From the human T2T-CHM13v2.0 reference genome, Homo sapiens, in the NCBI RefSeq assembly GCF_009914755.1, contig NC_060932.1: a stretch of DNA of 64,000 nt, one strand, 5' to 3'. The translations under genes were made by a program, and so were the position numbers. Of the stretch, positions 32,181-60,692 are shown piece by piece. How positions within the stretch are numbered: position 1 is the stretch's first letter; every line of letters begins with the position of its first letter. The notes beneath the pieces are model-generated. The model was not told the origin of the DNA. It saw only the letters and a program-made list of their open reading frames with translations, and did no database searches.

Positions 32181-32508
32181 CAGTAGTTCCCCCTTATCTT
32201 CGGGAGATACATTCCAAGGCCCCCAGTGAACTCCTGAAACCTCAAACAGTACCAAACCTTTATACACTGTTTTTTCCATATATATATACCTATGATAAAG
32301 TATAATGTATAAATTAAGCATAGCAAGAGATTAATAATAATGTAATAGAACAATGATAACATACTATAATAAAAGTTATGTGAATGTGGTTGGTCTCTCT
32401 TGCTTTCAAAATATCTTCTTGTACAGTACTCACCTATTTTAGAATGTGGTTGACTACAGGTAACCAAAACCACAGAAAGGGAAACTTTGGATGAGGGGGG
32501 CACTACTG
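32181..32508. mobile_element. MER44A (Tigger7-derived MITE) in POLR2K 3' UTR
   Basis: TIRs cagtagttcccccttatc / gatgaggggggcactactg; TA on both sides. Confidence 0.85.
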
Positions 32509-32648
32509 TACTTAGGAATACAACTATATACATATGATTTTATTTTTAAGACCATATTATATTTGGGTATCTACTAATATTTTGTATAAAGCAATTTTTT
32601 GTTCCATTACGTGACTTTTTGTTTTATTGTATATGTAATTTAACACAC

Positions 32649-32763
32649 AATAAAGGGTAAAGTTGCTTCCCCAAACCACACTTTTAATCAAAACCTAGAA
32701 TCATCTGCAGTCCTTGTTAAAAATGCAGGTTTCTAGAACCCTCTGAAGTTCTGATTAAATAAA
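32649..32763 (+). terminator. POLR2K: POLR2K poly(A) signals (AATAAA 32649-32654 and 32758-32763; also 32368-32373)
   Basis: canonical hexamers; GU-rich sequence follows the last one. Confidence 0.65.
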
Positions 32764-33431
32764 TTTATTGCAAACCACTGTCCTGTGTCACTGTGTCATT
32801 TGATATGAAGTATACCATTGTGCTTGGTGTCAGTATGCATATGTCATCTTGAGTTCAGTTTTTCATTTATTACTAGGTATAGGCCTTTCTGTATTTTCAT
32901 ATAATGCTTGGTTCTCTTTTAAATCTCAGAATAATGAAGGGAAACTTTAATTGTTTTCTGTAAGGCAAAATCAACCCCAAGCAAAGTGAATGAAGCAGGC
33001 TATTAAGCCAAGTGCAGTTTCCAAGGTGTAATCACTCATTAAGGTCAACAGTTCTGCTTTTAGGATATAAAAAGAACAGGCAGTGACTCGGGAGGCTGAG
33101 ATGGGAGGATCACTTGAACCCAAGAGTTTGAGGCTGCAGTGAGCCATAATCATGCTGCTGCACTCCAGCCTGATGGACAGTGCAACACCCTGAGTCAAGG
33201 GCTGGGGAGGGGAGCGTTGGTTTACACTGAATTATTGGATAAATGTTTAAGTCTTCAGCCTTGATCTTTGGGATGTAGAATTAATGGTCACACTTATACG
33301 CTATTCTGTTCAAGGATTCCATGGTTGTGGAATGTCATGTTGGCCAGCCTGATGTGCATTTTAAAGATTAGATGTATTCCAACTTTATTAATAGTTATGT
33401 CTGTCTTTGACATTCAAAATATTGTCCATAA

Positions 33432-35535
<2,104 letters not shown>

Positions 35536-36016
35536 GAGCATTAGAATTTTTGCCACTAACAGTGCTTGGTAGCAGACCGCAGGTCTGTAATTTAAGTGCA
35601 AAAGGGAAAGAGAAATACATTTACAGAACTGCCAGACACTGTAAATTAACTTTGATCTTCATCATCTATTTTAACTAGTTTGAAATTATAAAACTGAAAT
35701 AAATTTCCTGACAAGTAACCTCTATTGTTTTATTCATCTGAATTGTATTAGTATTTTGTCTTATTCACCTTTTCATCCCTGTGCTGAGTATGGTGCCTGA
35801 CTCATAACCAGCACTCAGAAAACGTGGAATTCATGAAAAGGAAGAGGGAATTTTGTCTTTCATTTACTCTTTTTTTTAAAGAGGAAGAGGTAAGTAAATC
35901 TTGGTTGCAATGCACTCTGAAATTTTAATTACATTTTTTATAGTTAAATAGGAGTAATCAATTTACTTAGCAGGGAATACAGCAGTCCGGGATAACAGAA
36001 CAGTAGCAGCGTTTTA

Positions 36017-36340
<324 letters not shown>

Positions 36341-36370
36341 TAAATACAATAAAAATTTAAAGTATTTAAA

Positions 36371-36406
36371 TATATATATACATATATATGTGTGTGTGTG
36401 TGTGTG

Positions 36407-36465
<59 letters not shown>

Positions 36466-36470
36466 GTATA
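36371..36470. repeat. Compound microsatellite (TA)n-(TG)9-(TA)5-(CA)22
   Basis: direct reading. Confidence 0.95.
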
Positions 36471-36629
36471 GTGTAGAGGCAGGGTCTCACTGTGTTGCCC
36501 AGGCTGGTCTCCAACTCCTGGCCTCAAGCCATCCTCCCGCCTCGGCCTCCCAAAGTGCTAGGATTACAGGCGTGAGCTCCCGCGCCCGGCTGATGCCAGC
36601 GTTTTAACTCTACAACAAACTGAAACTCA

Positions 36630-37400
36630 AACGAGAGGAAGTGGACCTCTCACACCAACTCTTATGCCCAATTGGTCCTCTGCCAGTGAAGGCGGGGAAG
36701 GTGAACCTGTGGCCGTCGGCAGATCTGCAGATCTGCCGGACTGCGGGTCGGGGCGTGGCAGGGGCCTAGTCCCCGCCCCGGCCGTCAGCCTGTCGCCTCT
36801 GGCTCGGGCCGGGCGACGAGACCCTCCCTCAGCACCTGCAGTGCAGCCAGAGCCGGTGCGGCGGCCGCGACTTCCCCGACGCGGGGCGCTGAGAAGCAGT
36901 GAGTGCCTGTGTGTACCTGCCGGCCGGGAATATAGGACTTGTCGCATCTCAGCCCTTCCCTCCCAGAGCGGGGGCGAGAGGTCGAGGCGGGGAGGCGAAG
37001 GGGCGGTGGGCCGCGAGGGAGAGGGAGCGATGGGGTGGACGTCCTTCAAGGCCGGGGAACACGCGGGGCTTTCCAGGCCGCGGGGGACGGTGGCGGGTGT
37101 CGGGGCGCGGTGGCAACGCTGGAGTTCCCGGGTCCACCGGCGCGGTCAGCCCTGGTGACCCAAGCCAGGGGCTGGGGAGCAATCTGAGACCATTGCGGCT
37201 GGGCTGTGGGGCTCCCCAGTCCCGGCAGGTCCTGGCGCCGCTGTACATAGAAACCGTTGCCACGGCGGGAGGATGCCGTTTCTTTTCGGTCTCCGACTGC
37301 AGGGGGCGGTCGGCCCTGTGGATGCAGGAAAGAGGGTGCCTCGGTGGGAGAGACCCAGCTTTTCGCGTTAGTAGGCCCGAGCAGTTTGAACTGGAGGTAT
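36630..37400 (+). promoter_or_regulatory. SPAG1: SPAG1 CpG-island promoter, non-coding exon 1 (donor GCA|gtgagt at 36899)
   Basis: CpG-dense; CCAAT 36668-36675, ETS GGAAGT ~36637, GC boxes, RFX-like half sites 37107-37117 and 37256-37268. Confidence 0.85.
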
Positions 37401-37647
37401 TACTAAGCTGGCTACGAAATATGGGAGGTGGATGTGGATCAGGATGATGGAGAAATTAAATCCAGCTAGGATCGAAGGTTTTCCCAATTAGAAACAAAGA
37501 CTGCAAACAGAGGTGGAAGAGTTCTAAAGTATTGTATAACTTGTTTTTTGGAACTTGAGATGGACATTCAGTAGTCTTGAGAAGGTGTATCCTACAGAAA
37601 GAAAGAAAAAAAGAGAATCCTTTTTTTTCAAAAAGGATTCTCAGAGA

Positions 37648-37767
37648 GACTTGGTCCAAAGGTAGTGAGTTCTCTCACTTGATTGTTCAGTTATAGATCC
37701 ACCTCCTCGTTGTACTCTTTCTCCCCTTCTCACTACTGCACTTGATTAGTCAAAAAAAAAAAAAAAA
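37648..37767 (+). pseudogene. Y1 RNA (RNY1) retrocopy
   Basis: tggtccaaaggtagtgagtt...cttctcactactgcacttgattagtc matches hY1; A16 tail; TSD GATTCTCAGAGA at 37636-37647 and 37768-37779. Confidence 0.92.
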
Positions 37768-39123
37768 GATTCTCAGAGAAATGTTAAAACGATGTTCAGA
37801 ATGAAATTCATTTGATTAGGTAAGAGATGGCTCTATCATTTCATGTGTTTTTAATCACATTTTATTGAAATCATAAAATCTCAGGGGTTGCAAAATACCT
37901 TCAATTCAAGGTAATCTATTTTAATCCCATTAGATGCTTAGATCTCTCCCACCAAAGATCCCTTGCTCTTTGGAAAAATCCTTCTAAGGCAACCCATTCT
38001 ATTCTGGGCAGCATCAATAATTTACGAGTTCTTCATCTTGCTTTCCTGTAACTTCTACCCTTGAGGTTATCCTTGTCCTGGGAGCCATTCATCAATAGGC
38101 CCTGAAGGTATGGTGTGAAAGCCACATCTAATTTCTCAGCTAGATCTCATCCGGAAGCCTAAGAACTGTCATCTATATCATATACCTAAGTCAAAGCCGG
38201 CAGGAATTTGGAGAAGTGGACAGTGTCATCCTTTTCTGCAGAGGTCTGATATATGACCAGACTCCCAGAGGGCTGAAAGAAATACTTCTATGAATTAGAC
38301 CCATTGCTACTTCTTGTTTTTAAAATCATTGCCCAAGTACAGTGGGTTTTCTTTAACCTTTGACAGTGACCCACAATAAGAAATATAGTTTACTTTGTAA
38401 CCTCGTGCATTTATATACACACATAATTTCCATTTATATAGACATGAAGTAAAAGTTTGTATAAAGCAATATTTACTTTAATGTTATATGTCAGGTAGTC
38501 TATTTTTTATTCTATTCCATCTCATTATAAAACAATGTTAATTGCAACTCACTAAATTTATTTATGGGTTGCTACCTGCAGTTTGAAAATCACTGGTACA
38601 GTGGTTAAGTATGTGGGCTCTGTAGTTAGCCTATTGAGACTCGTATCCTTAGTTCACATGTCGACTTGCTCATTTGTAAAATAGGAGTAATTATTAATAT
38701 CCTTTATGAGAGAGGTTTTGAAGATTAGGTGAGATAAGCTATGGCACATGGTAATTTAGCTCCATAAATGTTAACTGTTATTACTAATGTCACTTAAAAC
38801 CTACCCAGTACAGTAATTGAGGGATTAAATGAAGTAATATATGTAAAGTACTTAGAATGGTGCCTAGCACACATTAAGAACTATATATTTGTTGCTATTA
38901 TTATTATCATTAGCATTAGCAGCAGTATCTTTAAAGTGATGTTCTCCAAGACCTCCTTATTCCCAATTCAATTAAATGCAGCGAATGTTTCTGAAGGGGT
39001 ATAGGCACTACTTATTATGTTAGTCCTGGAGCTGTGAGGATAAATAAAGTAAGTTCTTTCACAAACTAGAAGGGAAGACAAATAAACATAATTCAAATTT
39101 GTGCTAAGAGAGAGGTATGTACA

Positions 39124-40140
<1,017 letters not shown>

Positions 40141-40171
40141 CACTCCACCTCCTTTTATACAGAAGTACCTA

Positions 40172-40819
40172 TGTGGCAGGCCAGGTCTCACTAACACAGA
40201 CCTCCATAACAATGATTTCGGTACTGACTGAGTGGTTAAGTTAAATATTAAAAGCCAGTGCCCTTATACAAAGGCTGGGATGTAACAAAAGCCCACCAAG
40301 AGTTTTGCCTAGGCCTTTCCTGGGCCTTAAAGCATGACAAAATAGAAAAGGAATTTTTAATGACCCACTTAGGATTAAACAAGTTTTACTGTGGGTCTGA
40401 AGAAACTCCCCAGACCTCCACAAACAAGTTTATGGAGGGTCTGAAGGAACTCCCCAAACCTCTGTGATTTAGCAGGAGACAAGATAAGGGTAATTGCCCC
40501 AGCACCTGGACCCATTTAAATTAAGTAAATTTACTGAGACCCCAGAGGAAGGTCTTCAGCACTCAGACTTTAGATATAGATTAAAAGAAGTTAATCACTT
40601 ATGTCTTTAGATGAATGCACGCTTACACATGGACATATGGCGTAGAAGGTATATAAGCTCTGGAAAACTTTGTAATTTTGAGTTGGTCTGGTGATAATTT
40701 CCAGGCCTTCTCCCTGTAGCCAGTTGCAGAAGTAAATACCGTCTTCCTCCTCGGTTCATCTGCATCTCGTTATTGGGCCACAAAACTAGCAGGCCAACCC
40801 TCAGTTTGGTCCAGGAACA
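40172..40819 (+). mobile_element. Solo ERV1 LTR, LTR15-like
   Basis: TG...CA ends (TGTGGCAGGCCAGGTCTCACTAAC ... ggaaCA), 4-bp TSD CCTA at 40168-40171 and 40820-40823, TATATAA at ~40650. Confidence 0.85.
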
Positions 40820-41061
40820 CCTAGGTGGGACAGGCACAATGGCTCATGCCCATAATCCCAGCACTCTGGGAGGCTGAAGCAGGAGGATTGCTTGAGGCCA
40901 GAAGTTAGAGACCAGCCTGGGCAACATAGGGAGACTCTGTCTCTACAAAAAATTTTTAAAAATTCAAAAAAATACAAAGAAGTACCTACATGGTTACCAC
41001 TATCCAAATTGAGTATTATTTATACATTAGATTAATAACTTTTAAATATTGTATTTCAGCT

Positions 41062-41201
41062 ATGACCACCAAAGATTATCCATCATTGTGGGGCTTTGGA
41101 ACAACAAAAACATTCAAAATTCCCATTGAACATCTAGATTTCAAATACATTGAAAAATGTTCAGATGTTAAACATCTGGAAAAAATTCTTTGCGTGCTCA
41201 G
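41062..41201 (+). CDS. SPAG1: SPAG1 first coding exon (exon 2; acceptor at 41059)
   Basis: tttcag|CT ATG; MTTKDYPSLWGFGTTKTFKIPIEHLDFKYIEKCSDVKHLEKILCVL-AG|gtaagc; 140 nt. Confidence 0.95.
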
Positions 41202-43104
41202 GTAAGCATTTTAAAATCATTACATGTTTTAGTATGACAGTTTTAATTATCTTGTTGTTACCTTCTAAAGGTAAAAGCTACATTAGAAATATCTGTTTTT
41301 GCCCATGCATGGTAGGTCCCAAAATAGTGGTTTTGATCCTATGGTTAGTTTGGAGAGTTCCACCTAGGTCTACTGCCAGCATGAGACGCAGGCTAATTAA
41401 TATCCAGGAGGGTATTTTTCTTGCCTTCTCTACATTTTCTAGGAGAAGGTAAAGTAGCTGTGAAAGCAGCCATTAGGATGGGCTGTGATGGCTCACGCCT
41501 GCAACCCCAGCACTTTGGGAGGCTGAAGCAGGTGGATCATTTGAGCTCAGGAGTTCAAGACCAGCCTGAGCAACAGGGTGAAATCCTATCTCTACAAAAA
41601 ATACGAAAATTACCTTGGCCTGTAGTCCCAGCTACTCAGAAGGCTGAGGTGGGAGGATTGCTTGGGCCTTGGAGGCTATAGTGATCCCTGGTTGTGCCAC
41701 TGCACTCCAGCCTGGGTGACAGAGTCTCAAAAAATAAAAAAATAAAAAATAATAATAAAAAAAATAAAAAAAGCTATTAGGAGGTAAGCTTATCTCACCA
41801 GCCTAGGCTGGTGGCACTTTCCCACTTCATATCACCTGACAACAAGGGAGGGTGACCCACCGCACACTGATCACATGGAGGGTGGTGGGGAGGCCTGACG
41901 GTAATACCAGAAGGCAGGGAATTAGGACCTTCTCAGGATAGAGCTCCATTCTAGTGACTGTCCAACTGAATATACATCAAATGTGGTTGTTAAAAATGCA
42001 CATTTGAGGGCCCTATTCCCAGCGATTCTGCTTCAAAAAATCTGGGGTAGGGCCAGGGAACATGTGTTTTTAACAATGGAGCTGGCTGATTGATATGTAG
42101 GTGTTCAAGGAACCCACTTGAAGAAACACTGTCCTGAGTACCACCAACCTGTGACACCTCTTTTGGATTTCTTTTCTTTCTTTCTTTCTTTTTTTTTTTT
42201 TTTAAGACTGGATCTCACTATGTTGTCCAGACTGATGTCAAACTCCTGGACTTGAGCAATCCTCCTGCTTTGGCCTCCCAAAGTGCTGGGGCCTCTTTGG
42301 GCCTCTTGAGCTATTTTCATTTGGATACCAGAGTTCTATTGCAGAAGACACTTGTGGAGCATGAACTGCTTTCCAGGACATCTAGAATTCCTATTACCCT
42401 GTGGTGGTTCTTTATTTCCTCTATCCCTATTCCTTATCACTGGGTTCTTCCCTTTTTCTCTTTCATCACCTTTAGCTTCCTTTCTTCCCTGTTGGTCCAC
42501 AGCCAGATGCTGATGTGATAACATCATCATTTTTAAAATGGAAAGTGAAAAATCAATAATATCAATTGTTTTCCCTTTTTTAGCAGAATATTATCATGTA
42601 TACTTGGTCAAGGACGGATAAATAAAAATGAAAAGTTTATTGGATGAAACAGTTGGAAAGCTACAGTTATAATAATGTTGGTTCCAAGAAATTTTATGAA
42701 TAGCCTAATTCAGTGATAATATATTGAACTTGGAATTGTTTTTTAAAATTTAATTTGGAAATGAAATTTATTTATATTTTTCTGGAAATGTAAGAGTGAA
42801 CAGACCTAAGAAAGAATGGGAAAGGACTGATTTTCCTTAAAATAAAAGGAACAGATGTCTCCATTTAACTCTCTAAGGAAGGAATTCTGTTCCTTGAGTG
42901 GTTGGATTTCAGGGTGTTTTGTTTAAGCTGTTTATCTGCCATTTTCTTCCTACCTCTTTGAAATAAAAAAATTTATGAACAGAAACTCCTTGTTGAAAAG
43001 GAAGTCCAAATTCTCTTTCTGCTAGTCTCTAATATTGAATTTATGAGCTTAATATCATGTACAAAATGAACATATGAACATATATATGTTGAAGAGAAAA
43101 TATT

Positions 43105-44345
<1,241 letters not shown>

Positions 44346-44594
44346 CACCCTTATCCAGTTTTTAAAGTGTGTGATGAAAATTGGTTACTTTGGAGTTCCT
44401 TTTTTTCTTCTTTTAATCATTCCATAGATTAACGGGTAAAAATGGAGACTATGCGGGTTAAGGAAAGAGACTGGGAAGCAGCCCTTGAGATCTCCACAGA
44501 ACCTCAGGGTTCCATGGAACCCAGCCTGCAAACCGCTGGTCTAGATGATCCTAAATAAGGTGCTAACTCTAAAACTTATTTATTTCTTTTTAAG

Positions 44595-44754
44595 ATCTGG
44601 TGAGGAAGGATATTATCCTGAACTTACAGAATTTTGTGAAAAGCATCTTCAAGCCTTGGCCCCTGAAAGCAGAGCTTTGAGGAAAGATAAACCAGCAGCA
44701 ACAGCAGCCAGTTTTACAGCTGAAGAATGGGAAAAAATTGATGGTGATATAAAG
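44595..44754 (+). CDS. SPAG1: SPAG1 exon 3
   Basis: tttaag|A TCT ... AAG|gtatat; 160 nt; SGEEGYYPELTEFCEKHL...WEKIDGDIK. Confidence 0.95.
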
Positions 44755-45022
44755 GTATATAGTAATACCAATTTTCCATAGATATTGTTGAGACATTCTA
44801 TATATGTTTACTTCACTTATCGGAAATCCTAGGCTTCTTGTTTGTCCGTAAAGGGCTTTTAGTGTCAATTAGGCAGGATTGGTTGCTTTTTACACCCAGG
44901 GGAACATTGCGAATTCGCGTGTGTGTGCGTCCGTACATGTGTATATTTAAATTGATTGAATAATATTCTGTCCTATTAAAAAACCTATAATTTAATCATC
45001 TTCAATAAATAGTGCTGTATAA

Positions 45023-45965
<943 letters not shown>

Positions 45966-46040
45966 TGCCCATTTTTAGGTACTCTTTGCTGGATACTGTA
46001 ATCATTTTTAGTCAATTAAATAGTTGAAAAAATGGTAGTA

Positions 46041-46371
46041 CCATAGTCCCTTCTTATCTTTGGGGCATACTTTCCAAGACCCCCAGTAGATGCCTAAAAC
46101 TGCAAATAGTACTGAAGCCTAAATATACCATGCTTTTTCCTCTATATGCATATCTATGATAAAGTTTAACTTATAAATTAGGCACACTAAGAGATTAACA
46201 ATAAAAAACAGAACAATTATAACAGCATACTGTTGTAAGAGTTATGTGAATATGAGCTCTCTTTCTCTCAAAATATCTTACTGTATTGTACTCACCTATT
46301 TTTGGATGGCAGTTGACTGTGGGTAACTGAAACCACAGAAAGCAAAATTACAGATAAGGGGAGGACTATTG
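46041..46371. mobile_element. MER44A MITE (second copy)
   Basis: same family as 32181-32508; TA flanks. Confidence 0.85.
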
Positions 46372-46439
46372 TAGTATATTTTTTGATTGCTAGAAAAGTT
46401 GAGTTATTTTTCATGAATCTGTCACTTAAATTTCTTCTT

Positions 46440-50400
<3,961 letters not shown>

Positions 50401-50684
50401 CTTGGCCTCCCTAACGTCCAAACTTTGTCTGCTGAATTCAGCAAGACCACAGGGTTCTGTCTGGGTACTTTTCCTGTGCTGCAGCCTGGAAACTGCAGTG
50501 AGTTGGAGCAAATGTAGGGCTTACCTCATTTGTTCACCCTTCTTTCAAGAATCACTGTCCTGTGCCACCTGTTGTCTAGTGTCTGACCACCATCACTCCA
50601 TATATCTTACCCAGTTTTCTAGAATTTAGGTAAGAGAGTAAATCTAGTTCCTGACTCCGTCAGGCCAGAAGAAGTCCCTTTATT

Positions 50685-52045
<1,361 letters not shown>

Positions 52046-52851
52046 TGTTGGCCACTTTGCAAGTTAGTCTCCTTCTCACTTGCCTTTCTTTCATACTTTG
52101 TTTGCCACTTGTCCCCTTTTCTCCATTCTTTCTCGCTCCCTTCCTCCTCTATAAGTCTTCCTCTTATCTTTTACCATTCTTACCTTATTGCTTTTCTTTT
52201 TCTTCTCATATTTCTCCTCTTTGCCCCTTTCCACCCTCCCTGCCTTCTATACAGATAGAACAGATAATATAGTTGTTGGGTTTTTTTGCTGTATCCCAGT
52301 GCTTTTAAGAGTGTCTAACAAATATTAGAACCCTCAATACATCTTTTCTGAATAATAAGTAATACAGTTTCACAGATAATAAATCTCTTACTCAATTTTT
52401 TTTCTGGCACCTGTGACAATTTAATAAATGTTAAGAACCTACTATATGTCAGACACTGAATCACAAAGATGAAATTAAGACATAGGCCCTGCCCTCAAGG
52501 AATTTACAGTATAAGAAGAGAGACTAACAATAGATGATTTTTAAATCTTTATGCTAATGTATTATGGAGGAGAAGCACTTTTAGCCCAACTAGGAAGTTC
52601 TGGGAAATCTTGCTGAAAAGAATGATGAATAAGGTATTGCAAGATAAATAAAAGTAGGAAGGGCAACAACAATGTATATATACTTAACAAGACTGAACTG
52701 TAGACTTAAAAATGGTTAAGATGGCCAATTTTATTATGTTATACATATTTACCACAATTTAAAATAAAAGGTAGGAAGTATGTTCCAGATAGTGAGGATG
52801 GCATGGATCACATTGTCTAAAAAATTGACTCATAGGAAACTATGATAAATA

Positions 52852-56548
<3,697 letters not shown>

Positions 56549-56614
56549 TAGTTCTTTCTTATGCTTGGTTATAATTATTTCAAACTATATATTTACCCTT
56601 TTCTCTATTCTCAG

Positions 56615-56740
56615 AGTTGGGTATCAGAAATTAAAAAAGAAGAAGATAAAATGCACTTTCATGAAACTGAGACATTTCCAGCAATGAAAGATAATTTGCC
56701 TCCAGTTCGTGGTTCAAACAGCTGTCTTCATGTAGGCAAG
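56615..56740 (+). CDS. SPAG1: SPAG1 exon 4
   Basis: tctcag|AGT TGG ... AAG|gtaggc; 126 nt; SWVSEIKKEEDKMHF...LPPVRGSNSCLHVGK. Confidence 0.95.
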
Positions 56741-57613
56741 GTAGGCTTCTTTGATATCTTTGTGGGTGGTAGCAGGAGAGGATTGCTGCTGTTTATTAAG
56801 GGGCAATCTCAGTTTAATTGGAGCAGCCTATGTGTGATGTCCTCTAGGAGAATTGGGGAGTTTGTTCAGCTGGCTGGGAACTATCGGCTGGGAACTATCA
56901 CGTTCTTTACTGTCTCATTACTTGGAAATCAAAATGAAACAGTTTTTTCCTTTGAAGTCCTGCATCTTGGGCTTATTTACTGCCTTTAGTCTTTTTTTTC
57001 TTTTTTTATACACCCTGTCTCTTCCGTCCAGTTTTGATGAGAGCAAAAGGTCTGATTCAGTGTGTGAAAATTTCAGGGAACAATTGTATATATCTAGTAG
57101 GGCTACAGAGGATATATCATGTTACATAATTTAATTATGGATTTAAAACAGTAAACAGATACTTTCAGTACTTATAAATGTCATTCCTCTGTTTAGTGCA
57201 TGTTTTTTCCTCTTATTCCCATTTCTCTGTCGTTGGTCCCTATTTTGTCACATAGACCTCTCCTTTTTAATCTGTGGGCTCCACAGAGAAGGGGCCTCTT
57301 GAAGTTCCAGGCCCATTCTATTTAACTTTAGGTTGAAACTGGGGTTCCTGGCATCCATCTGACCTTGTAATTTCTCAGATGACTCCCCAAGCCTTTTCAT
57401 TCTAGGTTAACTCATTCTTGTTATTCTCGTCTTTTCTTTGAATCAATTTTATTTTAAAAACATCCATGGCTCTTCATCACTCTGCTCTCTGATAATTTAC
57501 CTTCCTGGATCTTTTTACTCCTCATTAGGAATTATGCAGGTAATGGAGGTGTACAGTAATCTGGTGAGGATGCCACTATCTGCAATCAGTGAAATTGTAT
57601 TTATTGAATAGTT

Positions 57614-59145
<1,532 letters not shown>

Positions 59146-59267
59146 AGTGCAAATTAGGGCTTGAGGTATTAAATATTTAGTATAATATAACAATATCTAA
59201 TAATTTAGATATTATGTGTTTCTCAAATATCTGCTTGTGACAGAAAATAGCCCTTAAGGGGGATACT

Positions 59268-59647
59268 TGTCAAAGGACAAAATTACAACAAATTTCAAGA
59301 TCTAATTGGCTTCTATTAACAATTCATGAATCAGGATGGCATCTCCTCTAAAAATTTAGAAAATATGCTCCAATGGCCATGGCAGAACAGCTGGTTTTTA
59401 TAAGGTAGCTTGAGCAGGGATAAGGCATACAAAAAATAGACTATTTAATAACAGGTTACTTTCCTTGTAAGGGTTAAAGCAGAAATTTGGCTATTATCTC
59501 TGTCTCTTGATTTCTCCAGTCAGATAAGCAACTTAGTTTTGGTTTGGTGATATGGAACTTGAGCACTAGTGACTGTATTTAAGTCTGTTGGGGCCTAGTG
59601 CAGGAGCTTAGTCCAAATCATTGACCTTCTATAAATTTTATTTAACA
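59268..59647 (-). mobile_element. MER31-like solo LTR
   Basis: minus strand starts TGTTAAATAAAATTTATAG...TTTGGACTAAGCTCCTGCACTAGGCCCCAACAG and ends ...tttgaCA. Confidence 0.65.
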
Positions 59648-60258
59648 TACTTGAAAGTCTTTTTTGATGATCTCCATGCAGATATTAACAAATTGTGATT
59701 TTTAAAATTGCATAATGAAATCTGTGAATATTTGGAAAATCTGTATAACTCCAATGACCAATAATTTTGAGGAGTGCGAGAGTGTCATGATACTGAAAAG
59801 TTTGAGCCCCACTAATGTAGCATATAATGGATTATGACAGTAAATATGCAGTGTTATGAGAATACATAGAAGGCACATGTCCCAGCCTTTCAAAGTCAGG
59901 GAGCATTGCCTTCTTAAAATATCCAAATATAATATTACACATTAGAATTTATCATGTATACTGAGTCCATGTCTTGAGACTTTTATTGCTCCACATTCTT
60001 TTTTTATTTATTGAAAATCTTCTTCTTCTTTATTCAGTCATAATTGATAAAACTTGCATGTATTTATGGTGTGCAATGTGACATTTTGATATATCTACAC
60101 ATTTTGAAATGCTTACCACAGTCAAGCCAATTCATGTCCATTTCTTGATCCCTAAAGGGGGATATTTTTTGTCACAGGTAGGTATTTGAGAGCCACATAT
60201 GAATATTAAATACCCCTGATTTTGAATCAATGACCTTTTGAAACTAAGTGATACCACT

Positions 60259-60692
60259 TGTATTAGTTTCCTAGGGCTGCTGTAACACCACAGGAAGTGG
60301 TTGGCATAAAACAACAGAAATGTATTCTTTCACAGTTCTAGGGGCTAGAAGTACACAATCAAGGTATTGGCAGGGCCTTTCTTCCTCCAAAACCTGTAAG
60401 GGAAGATCCTTCCTTGGCTCTTCCAGCTTTTGGAAGCCCCGGCCTTCCTTGGTTTGTAGCGGCACAACTCTAAGCTCTGTTTTCATTTCCACACCACCAG
60501 CTTCCTTCTATTGGAACTTCTTCTCCTCTTTGTATAAGGACACAGTCATACTGGATTAGGGCCCACCCTAATGACTTCATCTTCATTTGATGACATTGCA
60601 AAGACCCTATTTCCAAATAAGGTCTCATTCACAGGTACCGGGGTTAGGACTTCATCATATTGTTTTTGGGAGACACAATTCAACCCATAACA
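60259..60692 (-). mobile_element. MLT1 (MaLR) solo LTR
   Basis: tgtattagtttcctagggctgctgtaaca ... caattcaacccataaca. Confidence 0.8.

Noticed and set aside
36627-37447. Overlapping 100-180 aa ORFs on both strands (also 24244-24859)
   Set aside because: Stop-poor CpG-island sequence giving low-complexity R/G/P/A peptides; real start codons are in downstream exons
56730-56746. Tandem GTAGGC-AAG-GTAGGC at the SPAG1 exon 4 donor
   Set aside because: The upstream copy has a poor exonic context (CAT|gt); the downstream AAG|gtaggc explains the gene model
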